64,000 bases of DNA from Chitinophagales bacterium (GTDB lineage: Bacteria; Bacteroidota; Bacteroidia; Chitinophagales; UBA10324). Positions 20,166-30,250 of this stretch are shown here, piece after piece; position 1 is the stretch's first letter; each line of letters opens with the position of its first letter. The stretch is from contig JBBQJW010000008.1 of the NCBI GenBank assembly GCA_038326325.1, forward strand, positions 13,521 to 77,520, given 5' to 3'. The notes beneath the pieces are model-generated. The model ran no database searches. It had not been told where the DNA came from and worked only from the letters and a program-made list of their open reading frames with translations. Both the position numbers and the translations under genes were made by a program.

Positions 20166-20816
20166 ATGAAATCAATAGTTATCGAAGGAACACTTCGCGA
20201 AAATTCAGGAAAAAAATTATCGAAAGATTTAAGGAAGAACAACGAGGTTCCCTGTAACATTAACGGTGTAGAAAATTTTGTTTTCTCAGCTCCGGTAAAA
20301 TCATTCAAGAGTTTAGTTTACTCGCCTGATTTTCACACTGCAACCATTAAGCTCGGAGATAAAGAAGTAAACTGTGTAATTCAGGAATTACAATTTCATC
20401 CTGTAACAGATGAACTAGTTCACATTGATTTTCTGGAAATTATTCCGGGTAAAACTTTGATAGTTGAAATTCCATTACGACTGAACGGAACTCCGAAAGG
20501 AGCGAAGGATGGTGGAAAAATTACTCAGCGTATTAAAAAGTTGAGAGTGAAAACAACTCCTGATAAATTGGTTGATCGAATTGATATCAATATCGAAAAC
20601 ATTGACCTCGGAAAATCAATTCGTGTTGGCGAAATGAAATTGGAGGGCATGGAAATTCTGAATGCCTCACACATTCCTGTTGTTTCAGTTTTAATTCCTC
20701 GTGCAATTAAAGAAGAAACTCCAACTGCTGCTGCACCAGTTGCTGCTGCTGCTGCCGCACCTGCTGCCGGAGCTGCTGCACCTGCCGCTGCTAAACCTGC
20801 CGCAAAAAAGAAATAA
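20166..20816 (+). CDS. rplY: 50S ribosomal protein L25/Ctc
   Basis: QFHPVTD...HIDF; lies between prs and pth. Confidence 0.95.
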   Translation: MKSIVIEGTLRENSGKKLSKDLRKNNEVPCNINGVENFVFSAPVKSFKSLVYSPDFHTATIKLGDKEVNCVIQELQFHPVTDELVHIDFLEIIPGKTLIVEIPLRLNGTPKGAKDGGKITQRIKKLRVKTTPDKLVDRIDINIENIDLGKSIRVGEMKLEGMEILNASHIPVVSVLIPRAIKEETPTAAAPVAAAAAAPAAGAAAPAAAKPAAKKK

Positions 20817-20823
20817 TAATTAA

Positions 20824-21390
20824 GTGAAATACCTGGTAGCGGGTCTCGGAAATATCGGCGATGAATACGCCAACACCAGACACAACATTGGGTTCAAGAT
20901 AGTGGAAGCACTTGCTGAAGAAGCAGGTGCTTCTTTTATTTTGGAGCGGCTTGCTTTTCATACTTCTTATAAATGGAAAGGAAAAAATATCCATCTTATT
21001 AAGCCAACTACTTATATGAATGAGAGTGGAAAGGCAATTCGTTACTGGATGAATGAATTGGATATTCCTATTGAAAGATTAATTGTAGTAGTTGATGATT
21101 TAGCAATTCCATTCGGGCAATTAAGAGTGCGCGCAAAAGGAAGCGACGGTGGACACAATGGTCTTACAAGTATTCAACAAAATTTAAACACTACGGTTTA
21201 TCCGCGTGTGCGATTCGGAATCGGAAGTGAATTCAGAAAAGGTTCGCAGGTAAATTATGTTTTGGGTGAATGGAATTCAGACGAGAAAAAAGTTCTCGCA
21301 GAAAAAATTAAAGATGCCGCTGAAGCAGTGAAAAATATAATGAGCATCGGACTGGAGCGTGCAATGAATATTGGTAATACTCTCAAATAG
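20824..21390 (+). CDS. pth: peptidyl-tRNA hydrolase
   Basis: GLGN...TRHNIGF, KPTTYMN and GGHNGL motifs. Confidence 0.97.
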   Translation: MKYLVAGLGNIGDEYANTRHNIGFKIVEALAEEAGASFILERLAFHTSYKWKGKNIHLIKPTTYMNESGKAIRYWMNELDIPIERLIVVVDDLAIPFGQLRVRAKGSDGGHNGLTSIQQNLNTTVYPRVRFGIGSEFRKGSQVNYVLGEWNSDEKKVLAEKIKDAAEAVKNIMSIGLERAMNIGNTLK

Positions 21391-21454
21391 TATTCTTCTT
21401 TTTGTCCCACTACTTACTTGATTATTTTTAGCAATTCAAAATTGTAAAAAGCGA

Positions 21455-22066
21455 ATGAAAATTTTTTGTATCGGAAGAAATTATGCAGAGCATGCAAAAG
21501 AGTTGAACAACGAAGTGCCGGATGCACCAGTAATTTTTATGAAACCGCAAACTGCATTGTTGCAAAATAATCGTCCGTTTTATTTTCCTGACTTCACCAA
21601 GGATTTGCATTACGAAACCGAAATCGTTTTAAAAATTGGCAAGAACGGAAAAAATGTTCCGCCCCAATTTGCCGGAGCATACATCGATGCTGTAACAGTC
21701 GGAATTGATTTCACTGCGCGCGATTTGCAATCGAAACAAAAAGCAAAAGGATTGCCTTGGGAAATTTCAAAAGCATTTGATCACTCAGCTGTTGTCGGAA
21801 AATGGATTCCAAGAGTCGAAATAAAAAAACTCGATAACATTAATTTCTGTATGTATCAGAATAAAGCACTGAAGCAAAAGGGCAACACAAAGGATTTAAT
21901 TTTCCCGATGGAAAAAGTAATCTCTTACATTTCTGAATTCTTCACTCTACAAAAGGGAGATTTGCTTTTTACAGGAACTCCTGTTGGTGTTGGCCAGGTT
22001 CAAATCGGAGATAAGATTGAAGCGTTTATTGAGAATGACAGTTTATTAGAATTTGAAATAAAATGA
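21455..22066 (+). CDS. fumarylacetoacetate hydrolase family protein
   Basis: CIGRNYAEH, HYETE and GDLLFTGTPVGVG motifs. Confidence 0.93.
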   Translation: MKIFCIGRNYAEHAKELNNEVPDAPVIFMKPQTALLQNNRPFYFPDFTKDLHYETEIVLKIGKNGKNVPPQFAGAYIDAVTVGIDFTARDLQSKQKAKGLPWEISKAFDHSAVVGKWIPRVEIKKLDNINFCMYQNKALKQKGNTKDLIFPMEKVISYISEFFTLQKGDLLFTGTPVGVGQVQIGDKIEAFIENDSLLEFEIK

Positions 22067-22094
22067 AATTGATACTTTTGATAAAAAGGAATTC

Positions 22095-22313
22095 ATGAAA
22101 AACTCAATTGATAAAATTCTAAAACTTCCAAAGGCTGAAAGAATTCTTATTGTAGAAACAATTTGGGAGAGCATCGCCAGCGAACCAGATGAAATTGAAT
22201 GGAGCGATGAAGTAAAGAATGAATTAAACCGCCGTGAAAAATTATCCGCTTCAGGTAAAATGAAATCTTCTTCGTGGACTGAAGTGAAGAAGAGAATCAA
22301 ATCGAAAATATGA
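22095..22313 (+). CDS. addiction module antitoxin (TIGR02574-like)
   Basis: LPKAERILIVETIWESI...ELNRR...SWTEVKKRI. Confidence 0.8.
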   Translation: MKNSIDKILKLPKAERILIVETIWESIASEPDEIEWSDEVKNELNRREKLSASGKMKSSSWTEVKKRIKSKI

Positions 22314-22477
22314 ATGAAATTATTTTCATAACCGAGGCTGCCGAAGAAGATTTGTTTGAAACAGTTTTGTGGTATGAAAAACAAAAGAGTGGATTGGGTG
22401 AACAAGAAGAAATATTTTTCGCGTACTCAAAAAAAGAAACAAGAAGTAATTCTATTTATTTCTTTGTGACAACATAA
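22310..22477 (+). pseudogene. truncated RelE/ParE-family toxin
   Basis: ATGA overlap with the antitoxin; MNEIIFITEAAEEDLFETVLWYEKQKSGLG matches a ParE N-terminus, then similarity is lost (55 aa). Confidence 0.7.
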
Positions 22478-22481
22478 CCGA

Positions 22482-24560
22482 ATGGAACTTTCAACCAAAA
22501 ATTCAAAATCCGGAATCTCAATTGACTCGCATTACCTCAGAGCATTTGAACTAATGTGTTGTGCGAAGTATATGGCGCAGGTATATGAAGAGAATAGGCA
22601 GATTACAAAGTATGTCCACAGCACTTCACGCGGACACGAAGCCATTCAACTCGCCACTGCGTTTCAATTATTGCCTTGTGATTTTGCATCGCCCTATTAT
22701 CGAGATGAAAGTATGTTGCTTGGTATGGGTTGGGAGCCATACGAGTTGATGTTACAGTTGCTCGCAAAAAAAGATGACCCGTTTTCAGGTGGAAGAAGTT
22801 ATTACTCGCATCCCTCTTCAAGAAGAAAAGACAGACCTGTAATTCCTCATCAAAGCAGCGCGACAGGTATGCAGGCGATTCCTGCAACAGGCATGGCGCA
22901 GGGAGTTCAGTACTCAGAGAAAAAAAATTTATTAAAGAGTGATGAGCCTCCAATCGTGTTGTGTTCGCTTGGCGATGGAAGTGTAACAGAAGGTGAAGTA
23001 AGTGAAGCATTTCAATTTGCAGTGCTCAAACAATTGCCGATAATTTATTTAGTGCAGGATAATGATTGGGGGATTTCTGTTTCGAGTGACGAAGCGCGTT
23101 GCATGGATGCTTACGAATATGCTGCAGGTTTCAAAGGCATGAAGCGCGTGCGAGTTGATGGCAGTGAATATCATCTAGCTTACAGTTGCATGAAGGATGC
23201 AATTGATTTTGTGCGCACACATCGAAAACCAATTTTGGTTCATGCGAAAGTTCCGCTTCTTGGTCATCATACTTCGGGTGTGCGAAAGGAGTGGTATCGA
23301 AGTGAAGAAGATTTAAAAAAACATTATCGCGACGATCCTTTTCCGAAACTCCGCAGTTTTTTATTGAAGATGGGAGTGGAGGAAAGTTGGCTGAACGAAA
23401 CTGAAGAGAAAGCGAAAGAAAAAGTTTACAACGATTTCAAACGAGCTGTAGCCGCACCCGACCCGGAACCGGAAAGTGTAACACTTCACGAATTTGCTGA
23501 AACAACTGTTACAGAAGAAAAAGGTGAGCGAACTCCGGCGGGAAAAGAAAAAGTGGTAATGGTTGATAGTGCGCTTCACGCAGTGGATGAAATATTAAAA
23601 GCAAATGAAGAGGCAATTTTTTTCGGACAGGATGTTGGAAGAAGATTAGGTGGTGTGTTTCGTGAGGCAGCAACACTTGCAGAGAAATATGGCGACGACA
23701 GAGTTTTCAATACCGCAATTCAGGAAGCATACCTTGTGGGTAGCACAGCAGGACTTAGTGCGGTGGGTGTAAAAGCAATTGTAGAAATTCAATTCGCAGA
23801 TTATATATGGACTGGTGTGAATCAATTGGTAACTGAACTTTCGAAAAGTTGTTATCTCACAATGGGAAAATTTCCTGTAGGTACGGTGATTCGAATTCCC
23901 ATTGGTGCTTATGGCGGAGGCGGTCCGTATCACAGCGGGTGTATTGAGTCGAGCATTCTTGCAGTGCGGGGAATAAAAGTTTGTTATCCGAGTAATGCCG
24001 CTGACATGAAAGGTTTAATGAAAGCCGCTTTCCTCGATCCTAATCCGGTGGTGATGTTCGAACACAAAGGATTGTATTGGAGTAAAGTTCCGGGAACGGA
24101 CGAAGCAAAAACCATTGAGCCATCCGAAGATTATATTCTCCCACTCGGAAAGGCAAATATTATACAACTTGCAAGTGTAACAGAAATTGAAAATACACTC
24201 ACCATTATCACTTACGGTATGGGTGTTTACTGGGCGAAGAATGCAAGCAAAAATTTTCCCGGCTGTGTGGAGATTGTTGACCTTCGCACACTCAATCCGC
24301 TCGACGAAGAAACTGTTACAGCATCTGTTCGCAAACATGGAAAATGTATCGTGCTCACCGAAGAACCGATTCAGAATTCTTTTGCAATGGCTCTCGCAGG
24401 AAAAATTTCTGAAACTTGTTTTCAGTCGCTTGACGCACCTGTAAAAACCATTGGCGCAAAACCTTTACCTGCTGTGGGTTTAAACTTAGTGTATGAAAAA
24501 GCCATGTTGCCCAATGCGGAAATTGTTGCGGAGGAAATTGGGAAGATGTTGAGGAGTTAA
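22482..24560 (+). CDS. fused 2-oxoacid (branched-chain-type) dehydrogenase E1 alpha/beta
   Basis: GDGSVTEG TPP motif, EIQFADY and HSG motifs. Confidence 0.92.
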   Translation: MELSTKNSKSGISIDSHYLRAFELMCCAKYMAQVYEENRQITKYVHSTSRGHEAIQLATAFQLLPCDFASPYYRDESMLLGMGWEPYELMLQLLAKKDDPFSGGRSYYSHPSSRRKDRPVIPHQSSATGMQAIPATGMAQGVQYSEKKNLLKSDEPPIVLCSLGDGSVTEGEVSEAFQFAVLKQLPIIYLVQDNDWGISVSSDEARCMDAYEYAAGFKGMKRVRVDGSEYHLAYSCMKDAIDFVRTHRKPILVHAKVPLLGHHTSGVRKEWYRSEEDLKKHYRDDPFPKLRSFLLKMGVEESWLNETEEKAKEKVYNDFKRAVAAPDPEPESVTLHEFAETTVTEEKGERTPAGKEKVVMVDSALHAVDEILKANEEAIFFGQDVGRRLGGVFREAATLAEKYGDDRVFNTAIQEAYLVGSTAGLSAVGVKAIVEIQFADYIWTGVNQLVTELSKSCYLTMGKFPVGTVIRIPIGAYGGGGPYHSGCIESSILAVRGIKVCYPSNAADMKGLMKAAFLDPNPVVMFEHKGLYWSKVPGTDEAKTIEPSEDYILPLGKANIIQLASVTEIENTLTIITYGMGVYWAKNASKNFPGCVEIVDLRTLNPLDEETVTASVRKHGKCIVLTEEPIQNSFAMALAGKISETCFQSLDAPVKTIGAKPLPAVGLNLVYEKAMLPNAEIVAEEIGKMLRS

Positions 24561-24569
24561 ATTTTATTC

Positions 24570-25778
24570 ATGCGCTCAAAGAAAACAGAAAGGGATTTTT
24601 ATGAGAATAAAAATTTTGTTATTCCTGAATGGGATGCAGGTTATATATATTCAAGTGTGAACCCAAATTATCTCAACAAGAAAGTAAAAAATTTTTACGA
24701 ATATTTTAGGGAACAATTTTTTAAGGGAGAATATGTTGAGATCAATAAAAATTGGAGTTATTTATTTAATCTGTTTTATGAATTAATTGAAACATCAAGA
24801 GATGAGACTGAACTTTTGTTGACGCTAAACAAATTGGCAGTTCAATATCCTAAAATTTTAAACTATGTAAAGCGATTATATTTTTACAGAGATATAAAAG
24901 GATATGAAGAAGGAACAACGAGACTTGCTGAGAAACTTTTATCGTTGGAATCAAAATATATTTTTAATGAAGAGACAATAAAACTGAGAAAGCAATTAGG
25001 TTCCACACAGTGCAGTCTCGAATTATTTCTGAGTGAATTATTTACCGAGAAACCATTATTAAAAATTAGAGGCGGTTCTTATCTGAATAGAGTTACAGAG
25101 TATGGATTGAAAAATAAGAATTATCTCTTCGAAAGAATCGATAATTTTTTTGAGCAATACTATTTAGAAAATAAAAAATTCTTTCTTTCAGAATTCTATT
25201 TAGGGATAACAAAGGAAAATGTAAAAAATATTGACATTGAAAATTTGAAATCAAAGTTTTCTGATAAGGAAAAACTTGAAGAAATTATTAATTGGGAAAA
25301 TCAATACTTTGAAATAAATAGTAGAAATAATCCTTTCTGTATTCGAGGATACCATTTAGCAGAAAGGAAATTTGAATTTACGGTTAGCGAAATGATGAGA
25401 GGTTTTGAAAATGATTTGCGAAGTGAAAACAACCTGCCAAAAATCGGAGAAGGCTGGATAAGTGAAACGGAATTATTTTACAAGATAAAGACTGAGTTCA
25501 AGAATCTCAATGTACTACAACACTATAAGCCAAAATGGCTCGGAAGACAACACTTTGATGTATTTATTCAAGAGTACAATATTGCAATCGAATATCAGGG
25601 AAAGCAACACTATGAGCCTGTTGAATTTTTCGGTGGAGAAAAAGCCTTTTTAAAAAATCAAGAACGAGATGTTCGAAAGAGAAATTTGTGTATTGAGAAT
25701 AAATGCAAATTGATTTATGTTGATGAAGGTGAAAGCTGGGAAACCGTAAGAGATAAAATTGAAATTAATTTTTCGTGA
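24570..25778 (+). CDS. hypothetical protein with TerB_N-like N-terminus and C-terminal PD-(D/E)xK-type endonuclease domain
   Basis: C-terminal RQHFDVFI...IAIEYQGKQHY...ERDVRKR; low GC. Confidence 0.6.
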   Translation: MRSKKTERDFYENKNFVIPEWDAGYIYSSVNPNYLNKKVKNFYEYFREQFFKGEYVEINKNWSYLFNLFYELIETSRDETELLLTLNKLAVQYPKILNYVKRLYFYRDIKGYEEGTTRLAEKLLSLESKYIFNEETIKLRKQLGSTQCSLELFLSELFTEKPLLKIRGGSYLNRVTEYGLKNKNYLFERIDNFFEQYYLENKKFFLSEFYLGITKENVKNIDIENLKSKFSDKEKLEEIINWENQYFEINSRNNPFCIRGYHLAERKFEFTVSEMMRGFENDLRSENNLPKIGEGWISETELFYKIKTEFKNLNVLQHYKPKWLGRQHFDVFIQEYNIAIEYQGKQHYEPVEFFGGEKAFLKNQERDVRKRNLCIENKCKLIYVDEGESWETVRDKIEINFS

Positions 25779-25792
25779 ATTGCATTTTCAAT

Positions 25793-26476
25793 TTATTTTT
25801 TCTTTAGAGCTTCTATATTCGATTTAATAAACTCTGCGTCTCGTTCAGCACTTTTTTTAACATAAGAAGTGTTCTCTATTTTCCAAATTGTATTATGATA
25901 AGCCATACCATAAATTGATATTATTTCATAAGCGAAGTTCAGTAATCTCTCAGCTACATCAAAGTTAAAATTTAATTCATCTCTCGCTTCATTATGGGCA
26001 ACAACCTTATCTCTCAATAATTTTAAAATACTAACATCATTTTGAAAATTTTTGCCTTTGTATTTTTCAAGATAATATTGAGAAAGCAATTTAGGGAAAA
26101 GGCTTTTATCTATACTTGTCACTGCATTTATCAATTCATCGGGGCAATTATTTTCTTGGAGAAGCCTTTTAGTATTTGATGTTTCAATTATTTGAACCGC
26201 TTTTGATGAATTTGATTGAAGCAATTTCAAAAAAGACAAGATACATCTGGTCGGATATTTTTTACTGGGATTATCAAATACTTTTGCTAAAGCAAGAATA
26301 AAATTTATTTGAGCAGATTGTTGAGTGAAACTATAAAGGTCTTTAATGTATTTTTTCTGTTGCTGCAAGAAAATCTGTTCTCCCCCTACATACTGCCAAA
26401 TGAGAATATTCCTTTCTGCAATGAATGTTTGGAAAACTAACCCCTTAATAAAACAATCATTTATTTCTTCAGTCAT
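25793..26476 (-). CDS. putative HEPN (AbiU2-like) protein
   Basis: All-helical; LAKVFD and LRDKVVAH motifs. Confidence 0.6.
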   Translation of the reverse strand: MTEEINDCFIKGLVFQTFIAERNILIWQYVGGEQIFLQQQKKYIKDLYSFTQQSAQINFILALAKVFDNPSKKYPTRCILSFLKLLQSNSSKAVQIIETSNTKRLLQENNCPDELINAVTSIDKSLFPKLLSQYYLEKYKGKNFQNDVSILKLLRDKVVAHNEARDELNFNFDVAERLLNFAYEIISIYGMAYHNTIWKIENTSYVKKSAERDAEFIKSNIEALKKK

Positions 26477-26593
26477 TTATCGCTGCAAAATAGCAAAGAC
26501 AAAAAATTCACCATGATCCTTCACCAAGTATATACTAATAATTGAAGAGTTGTCAACCTTTGAAAAACTTGGCGACTCTAAAACTGAAAAATA

Positions 26594-26971
26594 TTATTTC
26601 GAAATCTTTTTCTTATCGAAGTAAGTCGCGATAGTAGAAAATAGAACTCCCGGCGCAACTGTAACAAATAAAATCAGGAAGAGCGGGTCTTTAGTATCGG
26701 CATAAAGCCAAAGCACAATTGCAACCACAGGCAATCGCACATAGATGACGGAGTTATATAATTTTTCAACTCTGAAATAAAATATATTCAGCACCATGAT
26801 AGTAAAAGCGAGCATCGCGGCTCCAACCAACCGTGTCATATAAATGGAATAATTTCCATTCGAAAAATTATCGAGTAGAAATTGTGGAATGAAAATCAGA
26901 ACAAGGCAGCACGGAATCAGGTAACTGATTGGATATAAAAAACTCAGCCGTGTGTATTTTCTTGTTTCCAT
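26594..26971 (-). CDS. small four-TM membrane protein
   Basis: Four hydrophobic segments; likely start METRK. Confidence 0.65.
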   Translation of the reverse strand: METRKYTRLSFLYPISYLIPCCLVLIFIPQFLLDNFSNGNYSIYMTRLVGAAMLAFTIMVLNIFYFRVEKLYNSVIYVRLPVVAIVLWLYADTKDPLFLILFVTVAPGVLFSTIATYFDKKKISK

Positions 26972-27252
26972 TTTTTTGAATTGAGTTATTAAAAGTATTT
27001 TATTTTTCTTGTCATCGTTGGTTAAACGCAAAGCGTCAATTTCATGGACGACCAGGCTGAATAATTATTTTAAGTCTCTGCTGAAACATTAAATCAAAAA
27101 TCCAACTCAATCTTTTCGGTTTTCAATTAGAAAAAATTTCCTCATTACAATAGGCACATTTTTAAATCGGGATTTTAATGTAGGTCTAAAGGAATTTGTC
27201 CCGAACTTTATATTCAAAATTTTGGTGATACGGCCAATTTGTCCCCACCCCC

Positions 27253-27291
27253 AAAAAAAATCCCGTCTCGAAAATATCGAGGCGGGATTTT
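27253..27291 (-). terminator. intrinsic terminator
   Basis: A8-TCCCGTCTCG...CGAGGCGGGATTTT. Confidence 0.75.
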
Positions 27292-27314
27292 ATAAAATCG
27301 AAAAATGGAATTTA

Positions 27315-27731
27315 TTATTTCCGAACTAAAGAAATTGTTTGCGAATAATTTGATGCATCTAAAAGTGTATCGTTTCTGTTGTGTGATACAAAAGTCCATT
27401 TCTCAGAGTCTTTTGTAATTTCTGATACATTATAAATAGTGTTGTAAGCATCATTGCCTGCAATATTTGTAACAATCATTCGTGCAGCTTTTTTATCATA
27501 AGCCCAATTAAATCCGCTTTGATTTCCACCTGTGTCAACAACACTTGCTGAGCCGACATAAAAGGTGATTTGATTTATGGAAGTAATTGGGTCAATACCT
27601 GTAACAGTAATTACAGAAGTTGCAGTCCATGTACCACCTTTTAGCTGTAACAGTTGATAGGGGTTTTTACCGCACGAAAAAATAACAGTGGCAATTACTG
27701 CAAGAAATAAAAATTTAAAAGCTGTTTTCAT
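27315..27731 (-). CDS. lipoprotein (lipocalin-like)
   Basis: Lipobox IFSC followed by GGTW. Confidence 0.7.
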   Translation of the reverse strand: MKTAFKFLFLAVIATVIFSCGKNPYQLLQLKGGTWTATSVITVTGIDPITSINQITFYVGSASVVDTGGNQSGFNWAYDKKAARMIVTNIAGNDAYNTIYNVSEITKDSEKWTFVSHNRNDTLLDASNYSQTISLVRK

Positions 27732-27963
27732 TGGATAATATTTATTAAGGTTGTTTTTCCTACTTCAATAATAACAGAAAGATTTTCAGGTTTAAAATTT
27801 TTATTGAATATTCTGATAAATCAAACCCCTGACTTTTACTATACCAAGAGATGACCTAAAGATGAATTAAAAAATATTTTCGTGCTCACCCAACCTTTCC
27901 AACTGTTACTTTCGTGTAACACTTATGAATGCAATTTTTTAAAGACCCCCAAAACAAAAAATA

Positions 27964-28878
27964 ATGAAACAAAAACTTTTTACCCTGTTAGTTCTTAGTC
28001 TTTTTTTTACAGCGACATCGTTTGCTCAGTTAAGTAATTACACAGTTGGGGGAAACCTCAGCAACACAAATGGTGCGGCTGTAGTCGTTACTTGTATTGA
28101 TTCGTTGACAGCAACAACATTAACTGCTACCACCGATGCTAACGGTGATTACCTTTTTAATGTTACAGCAGGAAGTGGTCTGGCTTACCTTTATTTTTAT
28201 AACTGTCAGGGAAATGCAGTTGATACATTCCTCTGGGTAAATTCGTCGCAAGGAACTTGGAATGCAAGCGCATGTGATACGCTTCCTCCACCTTGTTTAG
28301 TTTCTTATACCACAACTTTTGATGCGAATGCAAATACTTTTTATCTCGTTGTTGATTCCGCTTCATTTGCCGGATATTATGTAACCTGGGATTTTGGCGA
28401 TGGCTCAAATGCAACGGGATTATTTACTTCTCACACTTTCAGCACAAATGGAATTTATAATGTTTGTGTAAGCATAAATATTTTGGGAACTATATTTCCA
28501 ATCTGTTCATACTGCCACGCAATGGGGTTTGATTCTTTGGGCAATGCGGTTTTCAAAACAGAAGCCGCACCTTTTACTATTGTTGTAGTTCAGGAAGGAA
28601 CATTGGCTTCTGTTAAACAAATTAATGCAGTAGCATCACTTAATATTTTCCCGAATCCTGCGGGCAATCACGCTACCATAGTTTTGAATTCAAAATCATC
28701 TTCTGATTGCGAAATCAAAATCACTAACATGCTTGGTCAGGAAGTGAAATCACTCAGCGCACGCGCTGTTCTCGGAATTAATACTTTCAATTTCGATTTA
28801 ATTGAATTGCAAAGCGGTAGTTACTTTGTTACAGTAAAATGCGGCGACACTATTTTGTCGAATCGTTTTATAAAATAA
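27964..28878 (+). CDS. PKD-domain T9SS type A sorting protein
   Basis: WDFGDG PKD motif and IFPNPA CTD. Confidence 0.88.
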   Translation: MKQKLFTLLVLSLFFTATSFAQLSNYTVGGNLSNTNGAAVVVTCIDSLTATTLTATTDANGDYLFNVTAGSGLAYLYFYNCQGNAVDTFLWVNSSQGTWNASACDTLPPPCLVSYTTTFDANANTFYLVVDSASFAGYYVTWDFGDGSNATGLFTSHTFSTNGIYNVCVSINILGTIFPICSYCHAMGFDSLGNAVFKTEAAPFTIVVVQEGTLASVKQINAVASLNIFPNPAGNHATIVLNSKSSSDCEIKITNMLGQEVKSLSARAVLGINTFNFDLIELQSGSYFVTVKCGDTILSNRFIK

Positions 28879-28901
28879 ATAATTGAATAAAATAATTGAA
28901 T

Positions 28902-28934
28902 AGCCATCTCAATCAATATTGAGGTGGCTTTTTT
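28902..28934 (+). terminator. intrinsic terminator
   Basis: AGCCATCTCAAT...ATTGAGGTGGCT followed by a T-tract. Confidence 0.8.
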
Positions 28935-28999
28935 ATTTGAACCCTCAATAGGAAAAATTATTCGTTGAACTTAAAGTTTTCCTTAATCTTACACTTGAA

Positions 29000-30235
29000 A
29001 TGAATCTCATAGAAAATATTCGTCAGGCATTGCGCGCTATTCGCGCAAATCTTACACGCACTATTCTCACCTGCTTGATTATTGCTTTTGGTATTATGGC
29101 TCTCGTTGGAATTCTTACAGCAGTTGATTCACTCAAATCGTCTATATATAAAAACTTCAGTACGCTTGGCTCGAACACTTTCAGTATTCGACAGAGTGGC
29201 ATGAATATGCGGAGGCGAGGTGGAGGGAATGATGAACAGGCAAGCCCGCCAATTCTTTATGAACAGGCGCGTGCTTTTAAGGAGCGTTACACTTTCCCTG
29301 CAAAAGTTTCAATCTCCAATCGCGCGTCTGGAATTGCAACTGTGAAATATAATTCTGAAAAAACAAATCCAAATATTGGTGTATGGGGTGTTGATGAAAA
29401 TTATTTGGAAGCCACAGGTTACGAAATTTCGGAGGGAAGATTTTTTTCCGTGAATGAAATAAAAGAAGGAACAAATGAAGTAGTTATTGGAAATGATATT
29501 CTTGAAAAAATATTTAAAGGAAAAACTGATCCAATTAATCAGTTTGTTTCTATCGGTGATGCCCGATATCGAGTGATTGGTGTGATGAAACCAAAAGGCA
29601 GCAGCATGGTGCGTAGTGGCGACAACACAGTTTATATTCCCATAGTAAATTCTATTCGCTCATTCACGGGTGCAAATTCTTCTGTGGGTGTTTCTGTTAC
29701 AGTTAATAATTTGAATCAGTTAGATTATGCAGTTGATGAAGCTATTGGTTTGTTCAGAAGCATAAGAGGTTTGCGTGTTGATGAGCAGAATGATTTCGAC
29801 ATGAGTAAAAGCGATGAAATTGCAAACACTGTCGTAAGTCAAATCAGCTATGTAACAGTCGCAGCTACAATTATTGGTATAATTACTTTATTCGGTGCTG
29901 CCATTGGGTTGATGAACATCATGCTTGTAAGTGTAACAGAGCGTACAAGAGAAATAGGAGTAAGCAAAGCACTTGGAGCAACACGCAAAACTGTGCGAAC
30001 ACAATTTTTAGTGGAAGCAATTGTTATTTGTCAGATAGGGGGATTGCTTGGAATTATTTTCGGAATACTCGCAGGCAACGGAGTTTCATTGTTGATAGGT
30101 GGAAATTTTATTATTCCTTGGGTATGGATTATTTCAGGAATCATTTTCTGTTTTATTGTTGGTTTGGTTTCAGGGTTATATCCTGCAATCAAAGCATCGA
30201 AGCTTGATCCAATTGAGGCGCTGCGATATGAATAG
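29000..30235 (+). CDS. ABC transporter permease (MacB/FtsX family)
   Basis: MNIMLVSVTERTREIG...LDPIEALRYE. Confidence 0.93.
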   Translation: MNLIENIRQALRAIRANLTRTILTCLIIAFGIMALVGILTAVDSLKSSIYKNFSTLGSNTFSIRQSGMNMRRRGGGNDEQASPPILYEQARAFKERYTFPAKVSISNRASGIATVKYNSEKTNPNIGVWGVDENYLEATGYEISEGRFFSVNEIKEGTNEVVIGNDILEKIFKGKTDPINQFVSIGDARYRVIGVMKPKGSSMVRSGDNTVYIPIVNSIRSFTGANSSVGVSVTVNNLNQLDYAVDEAIGLFRSIRGLRVDEQNDFDMSKSDEIANTVVSQISYVTVAATIIGIITLFGAAIGLMNIMLVSVTERTREIGVSKALGATRKTVRTQFLVEAIVICQIGGLLGIIFGILAGNGVSLLIGGNFIIPWVWIISGIIFCFIVGLVSGLYPAIKASKLDPIEALRYE

Positions 30236-30250
30236 CTATTATTGAATTGC

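Noticed and set aside
20725-20802. GCT-rich repeat at the rplY 3' end
   Set aside because: Ordinary Ala/Pro-rich L25 tail.
22046-24444. Several overlapping antisense or alternate-frame ORFs (also at 2-9 kb, 32-36 kb, 45-47 kb and 58-60 kb)
   Set aside because: Shadows of well-supported genes, with no recognisable motifs.
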